Source: Mobula hypostoma
Taxonomy: Eukaryota
NCBI RefSeq assembly: GCF_963921235.1
Contig: NC_086097.1
Location: 17,608,001 to 17,672,000 of the forward strand
DNA length: 64,000 nt
Direction of reading: 5' to 3'
Shown: positions 38,870 to 51,635 of the stretch, piece by piece
How the letters are laid out: every line of letters starts with the position of its first letter
Position numbering within the stretch: the first letter of the stretch is position 1
Notes under the pieces: model-generated
The model's database searches: none
What the model saw: only the letters and a program-made list of their open reading frames with translations
What the model was told of the DNA's origin: nothing
Program-made: the position numbers and the translations under genes

Positions 38870-41240
38870 TGTGAGTTCCATGCCTGTCATGACATTGAGC
38901 TCTTCTTCCAATGCCTTTGTTTCTAAGCCCACTTCTTTGGCAAGAATTCCACACCCCTTACTGATGCCCCATTCTCTGATCTTTAACCCTCCTCCTCTTC
39001 TTGGACACCTGACTCTGGTTCTCTGCCTGCTCTGGATCTTTTCATCTTGAATTGCTGAAGAGGCATCAACCATCTCAATTCCATCATCTTCTCTCCTCTT
39101 CGAACCTTATCCCCTCTGAATACACTGCCCTCCATTCTCCCTGCACCAATCGCAACCTTACCATCAAACCGCTAAACTAAAGGGGTGCTGTTGTGATATG
39201 GTGGACTGACCTCTACCTTGTTGAGGTCAGGTGGCAACTCTCAGTCCTCCCTTGAAGAGGACCCCATTCTGGACCATCAGAATACTGTCTCCAAGACCAT
39301 CACTGAACTCATCAGCTCTTGAAAAACTCCCATCCATTGCCACTAAACTTAGTTTCCTTATCCTGCACTGCTCGCTTCTACCTCCTACCCAAGATCCACA
39401 AACCTGATTCTCTGGGTAGGCCCATTGTCTCTGTTTCCTCCTGCTCCACAGAACCCCTGTCTGCATGCCTCAAATCTATTTTATCCCCCTTGGGTTTAAT
39501 CCCATCCCACTGACATCTACGACAATTCTCATGTTCTCAGTCTCCTCAGTAACTTACAATTCCCTGGCTCTGACGGCCTCATTTTCACCATGGATGTTCA
39601 GTCCCTATACACTTCTGTTTCCCATCAAGAAGGCCTTACAGCTCTTAGCTTCTTTCTTAATAAAATAATCAACCAGTTTCTCTCCTCCACCACCCTCTTC
39701 CATCTGGCAGAACTGGTCCTCACCCTTAATAATTTTTATTTTGGCTTCTCCCACTTTCCCCAGACTCAAGGGATAGCCATGGGCACCCGCATGGGCCCCA
39801 GCTATGACAGTCTAATCATTGGCTATGTAGAACAGTCCATGTTCCAAACCTTCCCTGGTAATGCTCCCCAACTCTTCCTCCGCTACATTGATGACTGCAT
39901 TGGTGCTGCTTCATGCACCCTTGCTGAGCTCATGAATTTCAATAACTTTGCCTCTAACTTCCATCCTGCCTTTAACTTCACTCGGTCCATTTCTGGAGAC
40001 AAACTATCAACCAACATCTTTTATAAACCTACCAATTCCCACGGTTATCTTGGCATACCTACCTTTTCCCACCCTGTCTCCTGTAAAAATGCTATTCTCT
40101 TTTCTTAGTTCCTTCATCTCTGCCACATCTATTCCAAGGATGTAGTTTTCTTTTCCAGGATATCAGAGAAGTTCTCTTTCTTCAAAGAATGGGCTTTTCC
40201 TTCTTCCACCATTGATACTGCTCTCACCTGCATCTCTTCCATCTCCCAAATATCCACACTCAACAGTGATAAGAGTTCCTCTTGTCCTTGCCTACCACCC
40301 ATGAGCCTCTGCATCCAACACATCATCCTCTACAACTTCTGTTATCTCCAAACGGATCCTACCACCAAACACATCTTTACCTTCCATCCACTCTCCGCTT
40401 TTTGCAGAATCGTCCCTCAGTGATTCTCTTGTCCATTCATCCCTCCCCACTAATTTCTGTCCCTGGGAGTGGCCAAAGTGCTACACCTGCCTATTCACCT
40501 ACTCCCTTACCACCATTCAGTGTCCCAAACAGTTTTTCCAGGTGAAGCAACACTTCACCTGCAAATCTGCTGGGGTTGTCTATTGTGTCCAGTGCTTCTG
40601 ATGAGGCTTCCTTTAGATTGGTGAGACCCATCATAAACTGGCGAACTGACTTGTTGAGCACTTCAGTTCCATCTGTCCAAAGCAGAGCTTCCCAGTGGCC
40701 AGACATTTTAATTCCAATTCCCATTCCAATATGTCAGTCCATGGCTTCCTCTTGTGCCATGATGAGGCTATGCTCAGGGTGGATGAGCAACAGCTTATAA
40801 GCTGTCTGGATAGGTTCTAGCACGATGGGATGAATATTGATTTCTCCTTCTAGTAAAATAAAAGTTCCCTCCCCCTCCCCTCTGCTTCTATTCCCCACTT
40901 TGGCCTCTTACCTCTTCTCATCTGCCTATAACTTTGCTCTGGGTCCCTTCCTCTTTCCCTTTCTCCTACGGTCCACTCTCCTTTCCTATCAGATTCCTTC
41001 CTCTCCAGCCCTTTGTCTTTCCCACCTTCACCTATCACCTTCTAACTATCCTTCTTCCCCTCCCCCCACCTTTTTATTCTGCTGTCTTCTCCCTTCCTTT
41101 CCAGTTGTGAAGAAGGGCCTTAGCCTGAAATGTCAACCTCTTATTCATTACCACAGATGCTGTCTGACCTGCTGAGTTCCTCTAGCATTTTGTGTGTGTT
41201 GCTTTGGATTTCCTGCATCTGTAGACCTTCTTGTGCTTAT
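38870..41240 (+). mobile_element. Penelope-like element, decayed RT, GIY-YIG and pLTR
   Basis: RFYLLPKIHKP..GRPIVS, MDVQSLYTS, GIAMGTRMGPSY, FLRYIDD and FYKPTNSH. GIY-YIG remnant at 40560-40840. pLTR with degenerate hammerhead at about 41102-41138. Confidence 0.92.
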
Positions 41241-41244
41241 TGGT

Positions 41245-42800
41245 TCGACTTGTTCATGCTGATTGTTTTTCCAGTGAGCTTGTCCTATCTATAGATGTAC
41301 ATCACGCGGGGGGGGGGGGGGTGCGGTTAGCCCTCTAAACTCCTCCTATCTATGCACTTACTGGATGGCTTTTAAATATTCCTAATATTCCTGCCTCAAA
41401 TACTATTTCTGGCAACTTTTTTCCAAATATGCACCACCATTTGGAAGAAGAAGCTGCCTATGATACCTGTATACCAAATAAATCTCTTGCTACTGATCCT
41501 AAGCGTATCCTCTCTTGTTTTTAGCACCACCTCCTTGGGGAAAAAATATTATGTGATTCCACCCTGTCTTCCTCCCTCATTATCTGATATACCTCTATCA
41601 GCACCACACCCAACCCCCAATCTCCTGTATTCCATGGAGCCTTGGTCTGTGTAATTCAATTCCCCGAGTCTAGGCAACATCTCAGTAAAACCTTTCTGTA
41701 CTCTTTCTAGTTTAAGTACAGTGTCTCTTTTCTATAATAGGGTAACTGGAACTGAACATGACACTCAAAGTGAGGCCTTACCAACATCTTGTATCATAAC
41801 TTCCATACTCCTATACTTAAGGTCCTAAGGTCAATATGTCAAACATATTGTTGACCACCCTATCTGCCTGTGATACTACTTTCAGCAAACCATACACTTG
41901 TGCTCCTAAGTCTCTCTGTTTCATAACACTCCCCAGGGCTCTACCATTCACTGTATAAAATCCTACCAAAATGCCTCATATTTATCTGGATTGAAATTTA
42001 CCAAGCTGGATATAATTTACCAATCCTCAGTGCACATGCCATCTGCAAGCTTACGAACCATGCATTCACATCCAAATTGTTTATATAAATTACAAACAAC
42101 AAAAATCCCAGCAATGACCATTGTGACACACAAGACGCAGACCTCCAGTTTGAGCAAAGACCTTTGACCATCACCTTCTTCTTTCTAACACTAAGTCAAT
42201 TATGAAACTAATCTGCTATCTTCTTTGCCTTCCATGTAATCTAACCTTCCAGACTAGCCTGCCATGAGGAGCGTTTTCAAAGGTATTACATAAATCTCTA
42301 TAGACAGCATCCACTGCTCTGCTCTCTTGGTTACCTCCTTAAAGAATTCCAAGATTTTTTGGCAGCTATGACTTCCCATGTGCAAAATAATGCCTACTGT
42401 CCTAAGTCAAACCTTTTCTCTCCAAATATTGGTAGATCCTGTCCTTATTTACTCATCACAGATGTCAGACTCACTCACTTGTACTTTGCTGGCTTGTTTT
42501 TACTATCCCCTTTAAACAATTGTACCACATTAACTACTCTCCGGAACCCTACTTGTTGCCAGAGATGAAGTAAAAACCTCTCTAAGGGCCTCTACAATTT
42601 TTTCTGCAGCTTCCCACAAGATTCAGGAGTGTGTCATGTCTAGCCCTGGGGATTTATCCACCTTAATGCAGTTTAAAGCCTTCTTTACCCACTCCCTGAT
42701 AATCTGTGTTTGGTCCAGGACTACTTATTTGTTCCATTTTCTTATAGCTTCCATCATTTTTCCCATAGTAAAAACTGAATAGAATATTTATTAACAATCT
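41245..42800 (-). mobile_element. Old CR1 remnant
   Basis: Decayed RT and 3' motifs (LVRPHFEC-like near 41770). Confidence 0.6.
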
Positions 42801-44699
42801 CAGCATTGTTCTTGATAGTAAAGATTGTGGATTTGAGAAGTGTTGTTAAAGTAGCCATGGTTGTTAAAAATGTTTTTAGAAACAAAAAAGAGAAATAGAA
42901 AATATAACCAAATTAAATTTTATAAATTGAACTTGTGATGGCAGTTCAAGATTAGCAAGATCATTAATTTTAATACATTTTATAAATGGCACACACTTGT
43001 GCCAAAACATGCTGATGGTAGAGAGAATGGATATTTAAGGTGGCTTAGGGTAATGAAGTGGGCTGCTTTGCCCTTACTTCTGCACTCATTTGCGCAAGAG
43101 GAGAGTAATCTTTACATTCTTGACTTGTGTCTTGTAGATCATAGAAAAGCCTTCCAGGGGTGAGGACATAATTCACTCTCCAGAGGATATCCAACCTTCA
43201 ACTTGCTCTTGTAGCTATGCCATTAACGTGGGTGGTCCAGCTGAATTTACATCAATGGTGATCCCCAGTATATTTTTGTTGGAGTACTCAGCAATGATAG
43301 TGCCATTGAATGTCGAGGATAGGCAGTTAGATTTTCTCTTGTCAGAGTTGGTCATTGCCTGGCAATTCTTTGTTACAGATGTTACTTGCTGTTTATCAGC
43401 CTGTGCCTGACTGTTGAAAATTCTTGGACAAAGCAGTTTGCTTCATCTTTTGGGAATTATGAATAGAAATAAGTATTGGTTAAGATGCTCAGTCATTGAT
43501 TAAGATGCTCACTATTAACCCTATGATGAAAGCAGTTGAGGATGATTAGGCTTAGGTTTCTGCCCTGAGAAATTCCTGGGAATGGAATGATTGATATTAG
43601 TACACCATAGCCATTTACCTTTGTGTGAGGCATGATTCAAGACAATGAAGTGCTTTCACTTTGATATCCACAGATTTCAGGTTTACCAGGGCACTTTAAT
43701 GCTAAATTACTTCTCAACTGAAAATTGAAAATTGCATAAGTGTTTTTCCCATACCTAGGTTAATAACTTATAAGAATCAGTGTTGTGACACTGCTTCCTG
43801 CACTCGAATGTCTCTATTGACGGTTAGAAGCCAGAGCACAATTCAAAGTGCAATCTGAGCTTAGCTCTGTAAAACTTGATTATAACTTCTACTGACATAT
43901 TCTACTGTTTAGTACGAGGTTTTGTGTTAGATTAGTTTTATTGATTGCAACAAGTATCTGCTACATCTCTTTCAGCTTCCTTCATTATTTCATTGGCTCC
44001 AGGTAAAATCGTGGGGAAGGGGTTTTAGCTGAGATTTCAGCACACTCATTACTGTAGTTAAACAATCCTGCTAGTTCCACCTTCTTGTAGGATCCCACCA
44101 TTGCAATCTCTACAAACTTCTCGAAATATGGGAATCAACATCATGACTCTCCCCTAGGTCATTAATCTTGCATGGAGACCCTAATTACATTTATTTTGCT
44201 TAATTGAGCATTCTCTGTTATTTGCAAACCTGGTATCAGACTCCCAAAGTGGACTCTCAACTCAGGTTTGATACAGGGAGAGATTATCAGCTGGACAGAG
44301 GAAAGTTTCAAGGATAGTCTCAAAATCTAATTGAAAAATACAACATACTCAGCTGAACATGGGAATCTCTGGCCCTTGAACACTCAAGCTGGAGGAGGAG
44401 CTTTTAGGATAGTATGGAGAACTCTGAACCAATGCATCAAGAGTGCATAGATGTCCGCTTTCCAAACTACCCACCCATCCATCTCATCAGACACCTCCCA
44501 CTCCAACACTGGCAGAACTTTGTGACATCTGAACTGGCCTCATTATCACCATCTCAGAACTCTAGGGCAGCAAGTTAGTCACAATCCTAAAATGATAGAA
44601 ATTAAATTCATCTTTGCATATCAAGTCCACATCTTGCAAAACTAAAAAAATGTTTCACTGCATCAGAATCATTCATGTAGTATACAGATTATTTTCTTT

Positions 44700-45570
44700 T
44701 TTTCCTTTAGAGTTATACAGCACAGAAACGGGCCCTTTGATCCACCATACTCATGCTGATCTTCAAATATTTATCTGTACTATTTCCATTTTCCAGCAGT
44801 TTGTCCATAGTCTGCTATGTATTGGTGAGTCAATTGCTCATCTAGATAGAACAGCACAGGAACAGGCCTTTAGACCTGCAGTGTTGTGCCAAACTATATA
44901 AATTAGTAATTAAATGCCATTCTCTGCACATTCATGTGGCTATTTAAGAACTTCTTACAATACGGGTATTTATTATCATCCTCCACCACTCCTGGGAATG
45001 CATTCCAGGACACACCGTTCCTCATGTAAAGTAAAAAATTACACCACACGTCTCCTTTGAACTTAATTCTCTCACTTTAAATGCATGCCCTCTATTACTT
45101 GATATTTCAACCCTGGGAAAAAGATACTGGTTGTCCAGTCTATCTATACCAATCATAATCTTATAAGTTACTATCAAGTCTCGCCTCAGATAGTTCATAA
45201 ATGTTGTAACGATACCTGCCTCCAACACCTAATCAGCCAATGCATACCAGATTCCCACTACCATTTGAGTGAAAACAATCTCCTTTATATCTCTTAAAAA
45301 CTTGACCTTTAGCTTAAACATATCCTTTAGTTTTAGATATCATTGCTATCCTTGCCCCTCTACATGTTTGTATATCTCCATCAGATTCTCCCCAAGCTAT
45401 CTAGTCTTTCCTTGTGACTGAAGCTCTCCGTCCCAGGCAATGTCCTTGTGAATATCCTATGTACCCTCTTCACTACAACCAAGTGCTTTCTATAATGTCT
45501 CATCCAAAACTATGTGCTATATTCCAGCTGTGGCCTAATCAATGTTCTATCAAGTTGTAGCATAACCTCC
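44700..45570 (-). mobile_element. Cluster of stacked CR1 3'-end fragments
   Basis: Repeated tail motifs (acagcacag.aac.ggcc) and LRRDLIVTYKIM. Confidence 0.6.
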
Positions 45571-45944
45571 ATTAATAAAGGTAAGTATTTTTGAAGTGAT
45601 TTCAATTACTAGAAGTTATTCTGTCAAATTACATATTTTGACCTATTCTTTAATTTTCAAATTGTTTCTTTGATTCTATTACCTGATTTTCACCTTTTAA
45701 AAAAAATTAACCTCTTTCTGAATCCATTTCATTGAACCAAATCAACTATGCTTTGGAAATCAACTATTAAAGTCAATTCTTCTATTGCTCATCTTGAGCC
45801 TATTTCTTATTTTTTCCTGTGTTTTATCATAAATCTACATTCCCTTGAGAATATCTAATGAGATTGTTTTGAATATTCATAAATAAAATTGACCATGTTG
45901 GAATGTTCACTTGTAACACAACCACCTTCTATATATTTAAATAT

Positions 45945-46575
45945 AATGGATGTGGTGAGGACCTACAAGCACCTTGGAGTGCACCTGGATAACAGACTTG
46001 ACTGGAGCACCAACACAGAGGCTATCTACCAGAACAGCCACAGTTTCCTCTACTTCCTGAGGAGACTGAGGTCCTTTGAAGTATGCAGGCCTCTCCTTCA
46101 CATGTTCTCATGTTCTATCAGTCTGTTGTCGCGAATACAATCTTCTATGCGGTAGTGTGCCGGGGCAATGGCATCAACGTGGGTGATGCCAGCAGGCTCA
46201 TTAAACTAATTAGAAAGGCTTGCTCTGTTATAGGAGTCAAACTGGTGGCTGTGGTAGAACAGAGAACCCTACAGAAAATCCTGGCAATTCTGGACAATGT
46301 TTCTCCTTTGCTTGCCACCTTGGCTGAACAGAGAAGGACTTTCAGTAATAGACTAAGACAACACGCTGCTCCAAAGAGCGCTATATGAGATCAGTCTTAC
46401 CCTCAGCCATACCACTCTATAATGAGTCAACCTATAGCTGGGGAAGTGATGACTCCCCTCCTATTAGACTGTTTAAGGTAACTTATTTTTTATTTATTCT
46501 TTTTACTTCTCTTCTAATGTATGGCCGTGAACCTGTAATGCTGCTGTGACACTGTAATTTCCTTTGGGATCTATC
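45945..46575 (+). mobile_element. Rex1/Babar-like 3' fragment
   Basis: YKHLGVHLDNRLDWS..LYFLRRLRSF and FYQSVVANTIFYAVVC. Confidence 0.8.
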
Positions 46576-46825
46576 AACGGTTATAAAATCAGGAGGTCTT
46601 CATCACTGTGGTTAGCACTCACAGTGATGTGCATTTTTGATGTATCCGTTGAGGAAATGATGCAGATTTGATATGCAGTTGTGCTCCTCCTATAATATTA
46701 GGCTCTTTAATTCTGGTTTAAAAAGGGGTCATTATTTTTGCATCAGAAAACATAATATTGCTGTTTGGAAGAATTTGACTGCTAAATGACTAGTGTTGTA
46801 TACCATGATTCCATCTTCTCTACAG

Positions 46826-47088
46826 TTGTTATGCACCCATCCCTGGTTAATATACATGTGAACCACCCACCAGAGGCCACAGTACAAATTCATCAAGTGG
46901 CAAGAGTGAAGACCCCACCTGACTCTTCAGCTAAGGAAAACATAAAGAATTCTCTGGACCAACATTCAGTCCATTCAGTACAGCAAAGATCACAGCCTAA
47001 TGCTAGTGGAAAAAACAATGGGCAGTCACAGCAACATCGTAGACCTATGACTGTGGGAAGATGCTTCCAGGAAACGGTGGATGGTCAG
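46826..47088 (+). CDS. LTBP2: LTBP2 internal coding exon (linker and start of hybrid/TB domain), phase 1-0, 263 nt
   Basis: Acceptor ccatcttctctacAG at 46824-46825 and donor GTAGGG at 47089. In frame with the previous exon: VVMHPSLVNIHVNHPPEATVQIHQVARV...TVGRCFQETVDGQ, a typical LTBP HPPEAxVQIHQV motif. Confidence 0.95.
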
Positions 47089-48634
47089 GTAGGGCATTAT
47101 TTCAAGTATGTGTAATTAAGAAGAAAGTCATTAAGAAAACTTAACCCAAAATATCTGATTTTGTATATTATAAGAAAATAATAAGTTTCGTCATTTGCCT
47201 ATACTGGCATTCTCAGTTTCCTGAATCCATACCCCATATCCGTTAATAGCTAACAGTCCTAAGATTGTACTACTCTTTATGGAGGTGGTGTGAATTTATC
47301 TTGAAGAGGCCTAGCCCTAAATGAGTTTACATCAGGCAAGTCTAGACTTTTTGAGCAGCAGGAATCATTTTTCTCTATTTTATCAGTTCCTCTAAATGAC
47401 TCAAAAATGTTGATTGTATTTCCAGTATTCAAATTTCCAAGAATTACAAGTTTGTGCAATTTTTCCTGTTAGTTTTTATCATGGAGTCCCAGCAACATTA
47501 ATATCTAGTCTTCATTCTCTCAAGTCATTGTACTTTTCCTAAAGAATAAAACATAGATCTGAAGATGTACTAGGGCAATACTTCATCTATGATAGAATAG
47601 AACTTTGGATACTGTTGCTTGATTTTCAGTCTGTTATATTCTAGAATGTGGATTGTAATGCAAGCATCTTATTGGATTATTTTACTTTTTAAAAATTCTT
47701 TCAAGGATTATGGTTATAACTAATAAAGCAATGGTTGCTGCCCATCATGTGTTCTTGAGGTGACGGTGAGAACCACTTACTTGATGAAGTAGCAAACAGT
47801 GGTGAGGAGGTTTTCCAGTATCTGTTGTTTTTTTTATGACTGTATAAATCATGTTTTTTGGAGGTACTATTGAAAGAGCCTTGCCAAGTTCTTGTATCCA
47901 TCTAGTGGTCGGTATGAGGTACAGACATGGTGATATATAAATGACGAATTAAATGGGTTGGTTGTTTTGTCCCGGACAGGTATCAAGCTCCTTGAATACA
48001 GTTTTAATTTGCATAATATAGGAAAGTATTGAATATTGCCTTCCTGACTTGTGTTTTGTATATGATGGAGTGGCTTTGGAAAATCAAGATGTAAATTATT
48101 TATCAAAGGATACTTGATACGTAATTTCACCTAATTTTTACTTTAATGCTTCTGGTCAGTGATGACGCCCTTGTGTGCTTCTGCCTCCTTAATAGCCCTG
48201 TCTCCCACTTCTTGCAGGAAATCAAGGATGAAATGTTTGATAATGGTAATAAAGCTGAATTTGAAAGAAATGTGGATAAACTTTCTATCTAAGAACGGTC
48301 ATCGTATACCAATTGTGATTCTTACCACTTTAAAGCAAATCTACTTATAGGCCTGATGAAATGTGTGTTGGTTCAGATCATTTTTTCATTATGTGATGAG
48401 TTAGACAATAAGGTTTTTATGCCTTTCTGTGATATCACTGAGGTCAATATAGTGGAGGGTTGAGGAGGGATGGGATTCTGTCCACTTTCATGGATGATTT
48501 TATTAACAGCATTTGATGAAACTGGACACCATCCAACATAAAGTCAGAGGTAGGAACATTTGCAGAGGACTGTGACATTCCTCAAAAATGAACTTATCCT
48601 TGTCTGTATGTAGTAAAATCAAAATTACATTCGG

Positions 48635-49012
48635 ACATGGGCTCACGGTGGTGTCTGAAAAGAGGATGCTGTGTAAGTTGCATGCCATCTTGGTCAATGT
48701 CTCCCATCCACTACATAATGTACTGGGCGGGCACAGGAGTACATTCAGCCAGAGACTCATTCCACCGAGATGCAGCACAGAGAGCATCATAGGAAGTCAT
48801 TCCTGCCTGTGGCCATCAAACTTTACAACTCATCCCTTGGAGGGTCAGACACCCTGAGCCAATAGGCTGGTCCTGGACTTATTTCATAATTTACTGGCAT
48901 AAATTACATATTACTGTTTAACTATTTATGGTTCTATTACTATTTATTATTTATGGTGCAACTGTAATGAAAACCAATTTCCCCCGGGATCAATAAAGTA
49001 TGACTATGACTA
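48635..49012 (+). mobile_element. Rex1/Babar-like 3' fragment, young
   Basis: ILVNVSHPLH..STFSQRL. Tail gggatcaataaagtatgactatgacta. Confidence 0.8.
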
Positions 49013-49059
49013 TAAATGCTAAACAACTTTCACAGCAAACAAGTGCCAACTAATAGAGA

Positions 49060-50350
49060 CATAGTGTAGTATATATCAAGGATACAGGCCATATGTCCAA
49101 CTTGTCCATATCCACCATGTTTTCCTATTCAAGTGCTTCTTAAAAGATACTTTTGTACCAGCCTCTACTACTACTTCTGGCAGCTCATTTCACATAATAA
49201 CCACACTGTGGAAAAACATGTCACTTAAGTCACTTTTAAATCTTCTCCCTCTCAACTTAAATCAATGCCTGCAGGATTTAGGCTCCCCTACCCTGGGAAA
49301 AGACTGTCCACCTTTATGTCTTTCATAATTTTAAGCATTTTTATAAGGTCACTCCTTATTCTCCTACATTCCAAGGAATAAAGACCTAACATGGCCAACC
49401 TGCCTCTGGCAAACCTTTCCCTACAATTTAGGTTCTCCAGATGTGGCAAAACACTTGTAAATTTTTTCTGCACTCCTTCTAGTTTAACTGTCTTTTCTGC
49501 AACAGGGTGACCAAAACTATACATAGGACTTCAAGTGCGGCCTCACCAATGACTTAGAACTGCAATATAATGTTCCAACTCCTATACTCAGTACTCTGAC
49601 TGATGAAGGCCAGCATACTAAATACCTTTATCACCACCCTGTCTATCTGTGGCACCACTTTCAATTAACAATTCACTTGCACAGCTCAATCCCTCTGCTC
49701 CCCAATGCTCTAGCATTCAGAATCAGAAACATGTTTATTATCACCTGCATGTGACATGAAATTTGTTAACTTAGCAGCAGCAATTCAATGCAATACATAA
49801 TCTAGCAGAGAAAACATAATAATAAAATAAATAATAATAAACAAGTAAATCAATTATGTATATTGAATAGATTTTTAAAAATGTGCAAAAACTGAAATAC
49901 TGTGTATTTTAAAAAAAAAAGTCAGGTATCCAAAGATTCAATATCCATTTAGGAATCAGATGACAGAGGGGAAGAAGCTGTTCCTGAATCGCTGAGTGTG
50001 TGCCTTCAGGCTTTTGTACCTCCTACCTGTTGGTAACGTGAGAAAAGGGCATGGCCTGGGTGCTGGAGGTCCTTAATAATGAACGCTGCCTTTCTGAGAC
50101 ATCGCTTCATGAAGATGTCCTGGGTACTTTGTAAGCTAGTACCCAAGATGGAGCTGACTAGATTTACAACCTTCTGTAGCTTCTTTCGGTCCTGTGCAAT
50201 AGCCCCTCCATACCAGACAATGATGCAGCCTGTCAGAATGCTCTCCACATATAATTCGTATTAAAGTCTATTTGCCACTCTTCCTTAACTGGTTAAGATC
50301 TCCCTGTAATCTGTAATAACTTTCTTCACTATCAACAATCTCTCCTAATG
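49060..50350 (-). mobile_element. CR1 3' fragment with a nested Rex1/Babar 3' fragment (about 49716-50250)
   Basis: LEGVQKKFT..LGLYSLE (CR1). ESILTGCIIVWYG and a (gattct)n tail (Rex, same family as 7040-8332). Confidence 0.8.
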
Positions 50351-50835
50351 CAATGATATACAATGTATTGGAATAATCTTTACTTGCCAAGATAAGTGCA
50401 GCTCCAATAGGGTTTAGGAAGCTCAGCACCATTCAGAAGAATTATCCTGCTTGATTGTTATCACATTCATTCCTTTGAATAATCAATGTACTTGAGGCTA
50501 CAGTACATATCATTAACAAAATGCACTGCTTTTACTCATTCAGTTCATTCCAGCAGCATTTCCCAAATCTTTAACCTTTACCACCAGGATGGACAGCAGC
50601 TACGTAAAACGACACTCTCTGCAAGTTTCCTGACTTGGAAAGTCAAGATGTGAGTAGCTTGCAGAGAATCCACCAAGAGTTGTAGATAAACTAGGTGAGT
50701 GGATAAAAAAAGTTAGCAGTTAAGGTGACATTCAACCCAGGGGCGGGGGGGGCCGTAGGCCTGTTTCTATATTGTATGCCCATAGGATTATCCTATTTGG
50801 TACAAAGAACAGAAAAGGGGATGTTTTATAAATAA

Positions 50836-51635
50836 CGCAAACAACAGGAATTCTGCAGACTCTGGAAATTCAAGCAACACACATCAAAGTTGCTGGTGAA
50901 CGCAGCAGGCCAGGCAGCATCTCTAGGAAGAGGTACAGTCGACGTTTCAGGCCGAGACCCTTCGTCAGGACTAACTGAAGGAGGAGTTAGTAAGAGATTT
51001 GAAAGTGGGATGGGGAGGGGGAGATTCAAAATGATAGGAGAAGACAGGAGGGGGAGGGATGGAGCCAAGAGCTGGACAGGTGATTGGCAAAAGGGAAATG
51101 AGAGGATCATGGGACAGGAGGTCTGGGGAGAAAGACAAGGGGTGGGGGGGAACCCAGAGGATGGGCAAGGGGTATAGTCAGAGGGACAGAGGGAGAAAAA
51201 GGAGAGTGAGAGAAAGAATGTGTGTATAAAAATAAATAACGGATGGGGTACGAGGGGGAGGTGGGGCATTAGCGGAAGTTAGAGAAGTCGATGTTCATGC
51301 CATCAGGTTGGAGGCTACCCAGATGGAATATAAGGTGAGTTGGCTGGGGTGATATACTGCGTCCGGTGCTCCCGATGTGGCCTTCTATATATTGGCGACA
51401 CCCGACGCAGACTGGGAGACCGCTTTGCTGAACACCTACGTTCTGTCCGCCAGAGAAAGCAGGATCTCCCAGTGGTCACACATTTTAATTCCACATCCCA
51501 TTCCCATTCTGACATGTCTATCCACGGCCTCCTCTACTGTAAAGATGAAGCCACACTCAGGTTGGAGGAACAACACCTTATAATCCGTCTGGGTAGCCTC
51601 CAACCTGATGGCATGAACATCGACTTCTCTAACTT
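50836..51635. mobile_element. Non-autonomous palindromic Penelope derivative, partial copy (inverted pLTR arm plus open GIY-YIG domain)
   Basis: Minus-strand pLTR 50836-~51337, junction taagGTGagttggctgggg, then + strand VIYCVRCSRCGLLYIG..RFAEH..HF..EEQHL..GMN. The right arm is absent. Confidence 0.9.
50937..50972 (-). ncRNA. Minimal type I hammerhead ribozyme motif (intact core)
   Basis: Reverse complement reads AGTC CTGACGA AGG GTCTCGG CCT GAAAC GTC GACT. Helix I AGUC/GACU, helix II AGG/CCU, palindromic ACGU helix III. Confidence 0.85.

Noticed and set aside
50890..51177. Recurrent ORF MLVNAAGQAASLGRG... (also 55347-55670 and 56163-56477) and its opposite-strand ORFs as a novel small protein family
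   Set aside because: It is the pLTR read in three recent copies. It starts at TTG, has low complexity, and its C-terminal frames differ between copies.
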